Assembly (NCBI RefSeq): GCF_019464535.1
Contig: NZ_CP080507.1
Span: 2,220,001 to 2,252,000 of the forward strand
Direction: 5' to 3'
From: Horticoccus luteus
GTDB taxonomy: Bacteria; Verrucomicrobiota; Verrucomicrobiia; Opitutales; Opitutaceae
Length of the DNA: 32,000 nt
Under the pieces are notes generated by a model. It had not been told where the DNA came from and made no database searches. It saw nothing but the letters and a program-made list of their open reading frames with translations. The position numbers were made by a program, and so were the translations under genes. This document shows positions 8,108 to 14,084 of the stretch, piece after piece; position 1 is the first letter of the stretch, and every line of letters begins with the position of its first letter.

Positions 8108-8864
8108 CATCTGTGCTCATCTGTGTCCATCTGTGGTTAAAAATGCATTTCGCTCTTCGCCACAAAGGCGCCCCAGCCTATTCGTGTCGATTCGTGTCCA
8201 TTCGTGGTAAAAAAAGCATTTCACAGAAAGTAACGCAGGTAAGAAAGAAGCACTCGGCTCCATACGTTCAACTAACGAATAGCGATCAACGAACACCGAT
8301 TCACGCGTCTGCCAATCCGTGTTAATCCGTGTTCATCTGTGGTTAAAAATGGTTTTTGTTCTTCGCCACAGAAGCCCCCCACTCATTCGTGTCGATTCGT
8401 GTCCATTCGTGGTTAAAAAAATAAGAGTATTTCAAAGAAAGTAACGCAGGTAAGAAAGAAGCGCTCGGCCACGTGCGTTCGACTCACGAGTAACGAACAC
8501 CGATTCACGCGTCTGCTAATCTGTGCTCATCTGTGTCCATCTGTGGTTAAAAATGGTTTTTGTTCTTCGCCACAGGAGCCCCCCACTCATTCGTGTCTAT
8601 ACGTGTCCATTCGTGGTTAAAAAAATAAGAGCATTTCACAGAAAGTAACGCAGGTAAGAAAGAAGCAGCGGCCACGTGCGTTCGACTCACAGTAGCGATC
8701 AACGAACACCGATTCACCCGTCTGCCAATCCGTGTTCATCTGTGCCCATCTGTGGTTAAAAATGGTTTTTGTTCTTCGCCACAGCCCCCCCCCACCCATT
8801 CGTGTCGATTCGTGTCCATTCGTGGTTAAAACAAAAGTATTTCACGTGTTCATCTGTGGTTAAC
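8108..8864. repeat. Head-to-tail tandem array of about 205-bp composite units (about 3.7 units, with a degenerate partial unit upstream from about 7960)
   Basis: Unit starts are at 8108, 8314, 8518 and 8727 (spacing 206, 204 and 209). The anchor CATCTGTGGTTAAAAATG lies at 8128, 8334, 8538 and 8747. The whole unit is conserved, not just short repeats. Confidence 0.9.
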
Positions 8865-8885
8865 GTCAGTCTCGTTCAGTCGAGT

Positions 8886-9485
8886 TTAGCGTAAATCAGC
8901 GTGATGAGCGGGAGAACTCCTGCCCGCCGCCCCCAAGTCGCTCAACGCAATCGCACCGTGCCAGCCGCGCTGCACATGCACAGCCCCCAGTTGAAAGCCG
9001 CTTTGCGGGAAACTCGCCGGCATATCGACCAGCACGATCTCTTTCAGCCCAAAGTCCGCCGCGCGGATGTCGCGCAACCGGGCCTTCGTCCACACGTGAT
9101 TGATGGTGAGCAAAAACACGACGTTGTCGGCGTGTTGCATCGCGTGTTGGAGGAAACGCCGGATCTCGCTCCAAGGCGGGTTGGTGATGATCCAGTCAAA
9201 CGTGTCCGTGCACGCGAAAAAGTCGCGCCCCGCCTTGATCTCCGTCCAAGCGACGCTCTCCCCTGCGCGGGCTCGCCGCTGCCCGCCAAGCCGGCCGTTC
9301 GCACGGCTGTCCGCCGTGGCGCCCCGCAGATGCGCGCGGAGGGCGCGATAAAAATTCCCTTCGCCGCGGCACGGTTCCAGAATGCGCCCCCGCGGCTGGA
9401 AATGCTGCACCAGCCGGCGGGCGAGTGCCGGAGGCGTCTGCACATCGTCGTTGCTGACGTAATCGCGATTGGGCTGGAGATGCAT
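8886..9485 (-). CDS. Small gamma-class (Eco57I/TaqI-like motif order) N6-adenine DNA methyltransferase, orphan
   Basis: 199 aa. Motif X DVQTPPALARRLV, motif I ILEPCRGEGNF and motif IV ITNPPW occur in that order. A 25-aa Arg/Gly/Ala-rich insert lies between motifs I and II. No recognisable large target-recognition domain and no adjacent endonuclease. Confidence 0.65.
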   Translation of the reverse strand: MHLQPNRDYVSNDDVQTPPALARRLVQHFQPRGRILEPCRGEGNFYRALRAHLRGATADSRANGRLGGQRRARAGESVAWTEIKAGRDFFACTDTFDWIITNPPWSEIRRFLQHAMQHADNVVFLLTINHVWTKARLRDIRAADFGLKEIVLVDMPASFPQSGFQLGAVHVQRGWHGAIALSDLGAAGRSSPAHHADLR

Positions 9486-9670
9486 GAGGTCGGGGTGCGC
9501 AAATACCGCCCCACCGCGTCGCCTTTGGCAAGGCCGCCCACGTCGCTCTCCGTTCGCTTATAAGAAGCCTCCAGGCTCCTTCGCCTTGGTCTCGGCGCTC
9601 GTCGAGCACCGGTGCGCTCGGTGTGAGAGCGCTTAATTACGCCGAGTAAACGGGCCCCGCGCCGCTCCAT

Positions 9671-9707
9671 AAAAAAGCCCGACCGCGCTGGCCGGCGCGA
9701 TCGGGCT
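9671..9707 (-). terminator. Rho-independent terminator downstream of the 129-aa ORF
   Basis: On the minus strand: AGCCCGATCGCGC-CGGCCA-GCGCGGTCGGGCT (13-bp stem with one mismatch) followed by TTTTTT. It starts 19 nt after the stop codon at 9726. Confidence 0.8.
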
Positions 9708-9725
9708 GCCTGTCACTCGCGGAGC

Positions 9726-10115
9726 TTAAGCCGCCGCGGGCGTCTCGTCAGGAGTGTTCTCCTCCGAGGCTGTATCGGTTTGCGATGGCCGGCGCGCATC
9801 CTTGCGTTTGCCGCCTGCCTTCTCATAGGCGTCACTGTTCCGTCCATACACGGCGCCGACGGCGGCGAGCATACGGTCGGACCAATCGGCCAGTTTGCGT
9901 TCCGCCACCAGGAAACGCGAGCGCGCTTCATCGGTGCCGGACAGCAACGTATTATACGTTCCGAGTTTCGTGCGCGCATCGCTGATGACGGCACGGTAGG
10001 CGGCGAGCGTGAGCTCACCTCCGAGTTCCAGCGGATCGGCGATCGAGGTGATCGCCGCCGCGCGGGCTTCGGCCCGGTCGAGATCGACCGAGCGCATTTT
10101 CTTCATTCTAGCCAT
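9726..10115 (-). CDS. Hypothetical protein, 129 aa, predicted all-helical with a charged Ser/Thr/Glu/Pro-rich tail
   Basis: ATG at 10115 preceded by GGGGATTGGGGTAAGT. A strong terminator follows. GC-rich third positions. No family recognised. A truncated paralogous 3' end lies at 10546-10665. Confidence 0.6.
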   Translation of the reverse strand: MARMKKMRSVDLDRAEARAAAITSIADPLELGGELTLAAYRAVISDARTKLGTYNTLLSGTDEARSRFLVAERKLADWSDRMLAAVGAVYGRNSDAYEKAGGKRKDARRPSQTDTASEENTPDETPAAA

Positions 10116-10545
10116 ACTTACCCCAATCCCCGGGGCGGAGGGTCGAGGTTCTGACTCAGAGTGAGCCAGTTATCTCCTCAACGGATTAATGTCGTGAGTC
10201 CGAAGTAGCAACACGTCAAACGATTATAACGGAATACTTATCGACGGGTTATTATCCATTTCGGCCGACGCATACCCATGCTTAAAAATGGGTTCACTTT
10301 CGAACGCCAGAACGCGTCGGCGGTATGTTTTGAACGACGCCCCCACCTCCGCGGTCTCTACAAGCCCTACCCAAGGGCTTCGAAGGGCTTCAAAGCACGT
10401 CGGATCACTCGGGAGCACGTGGGAGCGCGTGAGAGAAATCGGGCAGACCAGGCAAGGGGATAGCTAGGGCTTGGCAAGGGCATGGGTAGGGCTTGGTAAG
10501 GGCTCGACAAGTAAACGACCGATGTTAACGGTGCGGCCGCATCTG

Positions 10546-10665
10546 TCAGATGGCCGTCTGAGGGGTGTCCGGAGCTTTCTTTCTTGAGGAGGTTTCGGTT
10601 TGCGATGGTCGCGGCGGGTGCCCTCGGGTGCCCGCCGCGCTTCGTTTCCGCCCCTGGCGTCCGAT
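10546..10665 (-). pseudogene. Relic 3' end of a paralog of the 129-aa ORF, truncated by the repeat family
   Basis: The minus frame reads ..GRKRSAAGTRGHPPRPSQTETSSRKKAPDTPQTAI*, compared with ..GGKRKDARRPSQTDTASEENTPDETPAAA* in the intact gene. The shared DNA core TCGGTTTGCGATGG occurs at about 9775 and about 10594. Upstream, the frame runs straight into repeat module CGATCTTCGCCACAG. Confidence 0.55.
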
Positions 10666-10713
10666 CTTCGCCACAGAACGCACCGGGATTTCAAGCCGAG
10701 TCCCCCGCCGATT

Positions 10714-10819
10714 CTTCAACCACGAATAAACACGAACGGACACGAATCCGAGCCAGCGTTAGGCTGACCGACTCCACCGGATTTCATTCGTGTCTATTCG
10801 TGTCCATTCGTGGTTAAAC
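10714..10819. repeat. Imperfect 106-bp palindrome (about 34-bp arms), 5' CTTCAAC ... GTTAAAC 3'
   Basis: The left arm CTTCAACCACGAATAAACACGAACGGACACGAAT pairs with the right arm ATTCGTGTCTATTCGTGTCCATTCGTGGTTAAAC. About 29 of 35 positions pair, and the mismatches recur at about 10-bp intervals. Near-identical copies lie at 10967-11071 and 12131-12243. Confidence 0.85.
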
Positions 10820-10966
10820 TAAAACTACTTCCGAGAAGGTAACGGAGGTCACGAAAAAGCAGGCCACATCGGGTATCTGTGAGCATCTGTGGTTAAAAAA
10901 TGCCTTTCTACCCTCTCCACAGAGTCCACGGAGGCGCGATCCGAGTTCACAGAGCAACTGCCGATT

Positions 10967-11071
10967 CTTCAACCACGAATAAACACGAAGGGACACGAAT
11001 CCGAGCCACATTAGGCTGACCGACTCCACCGGATTTCATTCGTGTCTATTCGTGTCCATTCGTGGTTAAAC
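10967..11071. repeat. Second copy of the imperfect palindrome (105 bp)
   Basis: Same arms and same loop (CCGAGCCA..TTAGGCTGACCGACTCCACCGGATTT) as the copy at 10714-10819. Confidence 0.85.
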
Positions 11072-11390
11072 TAAAACCGCTTCACAGAAGGTAACGAAGT
11101 CCACGAAGAAGCAGGCCACATCGGGTATCTGTGAGCATCTGTGTCCATCTGTGGTTAAAAAAATGCCTTTCTACCGCCACCACAGAGTCCACGGAGATCC
11201 AATCCGAGTTCACGGAGAGTCCGAGTCTGGCTCTCCCCGTTTGGTTACGATCAACGATTAACGCTCATCGAATACCGGCGTCCCGCACTTTCGTGTCTAT
11301 TCGTGTACATTCGTGGTTAAAACCTTCCGACTATCTGTGGTAAACCCCGTCGCATCACTCGCGCCAAGCACCGTCGCGAAGGACAGTCGC

Positions 11391-11765
11391 TCAGTTGAAA
11401 AGTGCGACGAGCGCTGCGAGGTGCGCATCGTCGTGCTCTATTTCCACGCCATGCTCCCAAGCGCAGGCCGCAATCAATACGTCCGCCCCGGGCACCGTGA
11501 GTCCGCTCGCCCGGGCCCGCCGCGCCAGTTCGCGCGAGCGACTCCACACGGCGTCCGTCGTCGCCAAAAGGGTAATATCGGCCTCCAAGGCCTCCATTTG
11601 CTTGCGCTCCGCCGCCCCGCGCAGCCCGTTCCATAGCTCCAACCGCACGAAATCGCACCACCCGGCTTCCCCCGTTTGCATGAGGGCCTGTACACGGACC
11701 CGCACCGCGACATCTCCATCCCGGCGCAGAGCGTCAATCCAACTGGACGTGTCGATGAGCTTCAA
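11391..11765 (-). CDS. vapC: PIN-domain ribonuclease toxin VapC
   Basis: 124 aa with the N-terminus (M)KLIDTSSWI containing the conserved Asp, plus further acidic residues (LELW, GADVLIAA, EHDD). TTG start 3 nt after the vapB stop. Confidence 0.85.
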   Translation of the reverse strand: MKLIDTSSWIDALRRDGDVAVRVRVQALMQTGEAGWCDFVRLELWNGLRGAAERKQMEALEADITLLATTDAVWSRSRELARRARASGLTVPGADVLIAACAWEHGVEIEHDDAHLAALVALFN

Positions 11766-11768
11766 GGC

Positions 11769-11972
11769 TCAGTCGGTCTCCCGCATCCGGTTCAGGTCGT
11801 TGCGTGTCAACATATCCTGGAACGTGCCCATCCGGGCCGCGAGGCGGGTCAAACGTTGCCGCCGGTTGAAATCCGCGACCGCCAGGCTCACTGCCTCCGT
11901 CTTGGTTTTCGCGCCAGTGTGACGAATCGCTTCCGCCAGCTCATCCTCGGGAAGGTCAATGGTCGTCTTCAT
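11769..11972 (-). CDS. vapB: VapB-family antitoxin (DUF2191-like)
   Basis: 67 aa, MKTTIDLPEDELAEAIRHTGAKTKTEAVSLAVADFNRRQR, the typical VapB signature. The track ORF extended to 12191 runs into repeat sequence and is not credible upstream of this ATG. Confidence 0.85.
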   Translation of the reverse strand: MKTTIDLPEDELAEAIRHTGAKTKTEAVSLAVADFNRRQRLTRLAARMGTFQDMLTRNDLNRMRETD

Positions 11973-11990
11973 GCTTCTAAAATGACCCCA

Positions 11991-12005
11991 ATTCGGCATC
12001 CGAAT
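11991..12005 (-). promoter_or_regulatory. Palindrome ATTCGG-N3-CCGAAT upstream of vapB (putative autoregulatory operator)
   Basis: Perfect 6-bp arms lying 19-33 nt upstream of the vapB ATG, next to a TTGATT hexamer on the minus strand. Type II TA operons are commonly autoregulated at such palindromes. Confidence 0.35.
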
Positions 12006-12077
12006 CAAGGGTCTTTCGCTGCAATCCTCGATCATCCCCCCAGGCGTAGCTGGGCGGTTAAGAGTCCAGTTCATCCA

Positions 12078-12644
12078 CTCTTCGCCCAGAGTCCACGGAG
12101 GCAAACTCCGATCTGGTCCTACCGCCAATTCTTCAACCACGAATAAACACGAACGGACACGAATCCGAGCCAGAGAACAAATCACGTTCACGGGATTTCA
12201 TTCGTGTGTATTCGTGTCCATTCGTGTCCATTCGTGGTTGAACTAAAACCGCTTTACAGAAGGTAAAGAAGCCCGCGCTCACGTGCGTTCGGCTCACGAA
12301 TAACGAGTAACGAACACCGATACACGCGTCTGCCAATCCGTGTTCATCTGTGGCCATCTGTGGTTAAAAAATGCCTTTTCAACCGTCGCACAGAACCCAC
12401 GGACGACCAATCCGAGTTCACGGACTGAGTCTCGATTCTCGCTCCGCTCGTTTGGTTACATTCAACGATTAACGCTCATCGAATACCGGCGTCCCGCACA
12501 TTCGTGTATATTCGTGTCCATTCGCGGTTAAATAGGTATTTTACAGAAGGTAACGGAGGTCACGAAGAAGCGCCGACAGTGGTGCTTGGCTGTTCCCTAG
12601 CCGTCTTATCTGTGTAAATCTGTGTCCATCTGTGGTTAAAAAAC
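12078..12644. repeat. Composite repeat array C (about 2.5 units, including a third palindrome at 12131-12243 ending GTTGAAC)
   Basis: Contains the same modules as arrays A and B: CCACGGAG, TTCAACCACGAATAAACACGAACGGACACGAAT, 4x CATTCGTG, ACAGAAGGTAA, ACGAGTAACGAACACCGA, CATCTGTGGTTAAAAAATG, and GATTAACGCTCATCGAATACCGGCGTCCCGC. Confidence 0.88.
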
Positions 12645-12685
12645 GCCCTCCCTTCCACCCATGGGCGTCGATTAGCTGCGCGCCT

Positions 12686-14011
12686 TCAACCCATCGTCCG
12701 CGTCGCTTCGACCGGGGCCGCGATCCCGCTGCTCATCGCGCGCTCCTGTTCCACGCGCAGCCGCGCGGCGTTGCGATGTGCGTCAAAGTTTTCCTCCACC
12801 CATTTTCTGCCCCCCGCGCGCAGGCGCTCGCACAACACATCATCCGTGGCGATCCGCCGTAGCGCGGCCACCCATGCCGACGGCTGCTCCACGTCGGCGA
12901 TCAACCCCGTCACTTCATCCGTGACCGCCTCACGGGTCCCCGCGACCGGCGAACTCACCACCACCACGCCGATCGACATCGCCTCCGGAATCACGTTGGG
13001 CAACCCGTCGCGGTCGCCACTCGGGGCGATCACGCCCGTGTGCAACAACGCATCGGCCCACGAGAGCTGATCCCACACCTCGTGGTGCGGCAAATGGCCG
13101 GTGAACGTCACCTGCGCGCCGATGCCGAGTTCACCCGCCGCCCGGTCGAGGGACGCCCGCAACGGCCCTTCTCCCACGATGCGCGCCTCAAATTCAATCC
13201 CCGCAGCGCGCAAGGCCGCGTAAACCCGCAACTGGTGTTCCAAGCCCTTTTTCTCCACCAGCCGCGCGACGCATACCAAGTGCAGACGCCGCCGCGTGGC
13301 CCGCAAACGTTTGAATTTCGGCAACACGTCGAGTCCGCGCCGGATGCACACGATGCGCTCCGCCGGCCCGCCGCGCGCCACGAGCGCCGCCCGCGCCATC
13401 TCCGTCGAGGTATGCACAAACGCCGCGCCCTGCAGCTTCTCCCGCAGCCACCAGTCGCCGCCATGCTCAAACAAATCGTAGGCATGCGCCGCGGCGCTGT
13501 AGCGATGCCCATCGATGCGCCACAAAATCCACGCCGCCGTCGCGGGCGCGCCGCCCCACGCCGCATGCACGAGGGCCGGCTGCAAGCGGCGAAAATGCCG
13601 CGCAAACACACACGCGAAACCGGCACCCAGCATGTTCTCCCAGAAATTCAGCCACGACGGCGCCCGCCGCGTGCACAACCCCCGCAGCAATTCGCGCAAC
13701 ACCTCCGGCCGCCGCCACGATTCATACGGGATCAGCCAGACCAACGTGCACAGCCGCCACTTGTTGAACCGCGTGACCGGCAGGCCCCGAAATGAGGTTT
13801 GCCCGCCCCACATCGAATAGAGGCGGAGATCCGCGCCCTGCGCGCGCATGGCGACGATCTCGCGCTGGAGAAACGTCTCCGTGGACTTCGGAAACGTAGT
13901 GAACAGGTAGGCGACGGTGCGGTTGCGCGAGGACAAGCCGCCACGTTCTAGCCGCCGCCGCCCAAGCGCCAAGCGCGAAGCGCGCGCGTTCACGGTTCTC
14001 GCGCCCTCCAA
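12686..14011 (-). CDS. GT4-family glycosyltransferase (WcaL-like)
   Basis: N-terminal VAYLFTTFPKSTETFLQREI and C-terminal GT-B signature VARLVEKKG...GEGP...GLPNVIPEAMSIGVVVVSS..GTREAV.D..TG. The start is uncertain: the track start is TTG at 14011, and an in-frame GTG lies at 13993. Confidence 0.8.
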   Translation of the reverse strand: MEGARTVNARASRLALGRRRLERGGLSSRNRTVAYLFTTFPKSTETFLQREIVAMRAQGADLRLYSMWGGQTSFRGLPVTRFNKWRLCTLVWLIPYESWRRPEVLRELLRGLCTRRAPSWLNFWENMLGAGFACVFARHFRRLQPALVHAAWGGAPATAAWILWRIDGHRYSAAAHAYDLFEHGGDWWLREKLQGAAFVHTSTEMARAALVARGGPAERIVCIRRGLDVLPKFKRLRATRRRLHLVCVARLVEKKGLEHQLRVYAALRAAGIEFEARIVGEGPLRASLDRAAGELGIGAQVTFTGHLPHHEVWDQLSWADALLHTGVIAPSGDRDGLPNVIPEAMSIGVVVVSSPVAGTREAVTDEVTGLIADVEQPSAWVAALRRIATDDVLCERLRAGGRKWVEENFDAHRNAARLRVEQERAMSSGIAAPVEATRTMG

Positions 14012-14084
14012 GCTCCGCGTAACGCGCGCGCGAAACCGCTCTCCCCTGTGGGCGGGGTGCCCTCACCCCGCAACCCCGCAACGC

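Larger units (their letters stand above)
10663..11346. repeat. Composite repeat array B (two 253-bp tandem units starting at 10708 and 10961, plus a partial unit)
   Basis: CCGATTCTTCAACCACGAATAAACACGAA recurs at 10708 and 10961. Each unit contains a long imperfect palindrome plus the CACAGAAGGTAACG, CATCTGTGGTTAAAAAATG and CCACAGAGTCCACGGAG modules. Confidence 0.88.
7250..12685. other. Accessory island: three repeat arrays partitioning two small gene cassettes, inserted between two minus-strand glycan loci
   Basis: Coding density and GC drop visibly here. Single 60-nt lines I counted gave about 42% GC at 8221 versus about 67% at 13441. The content is repeats, an orphan methyltransferase, an orphan ORF and vapBC. 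No integrase or transposase was seen. Confidence 0.55.

Noticed and set aside
7319-8864. CRISPR array interpretation of the regularly spaced repeats
   Set aside because: The intervening segments are as conserved as the repeats, so whole 205-bp units are duplicated. The unit length is far above the CRISPR repeat-plus-spacer size. No cas genes or leader are present.
8901-9670. ORFs 8901-9563 (plus), 9044-9670 (minus) and 9196-9609 (minus) overlapping the methyltransferase
   Set aside because: Only the 8886-9485 minus frame carries ordered methyltransferase motifs (TP, EPCRGEGNF, NPPW). The others are Arg/Ala/Pro-rich alternative-frame translations.
10224-10418. 64-aa minus-strand ORF upstream of the 129-aa gene
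   Set aside because: It has a GTG start, only moderate third-position GC, no motif, and it overlaps the inverted-repeat and putative promoter region. It cannot be excluded as a small island gene but is unsupported.
11769-12191. 140-aa version of the antitoxin ORF
   Set aside because: The upstream 73 codons run through repeat array C and the operator palindrome. The VapB signature begins at the ATG at 11972.
8113-12531. Small ORFs 8113-8325, 8617-8799, 10546-10743 (N-terminal part), 10814-11029, 11131-11343, 12133-12357 and 12340-12531
   Set aside because: They are translations of the repeat modules (FVSIRVHSWLK, NHRWTQMNTD and similar) and recur with the repeats, so they are not independent genes.
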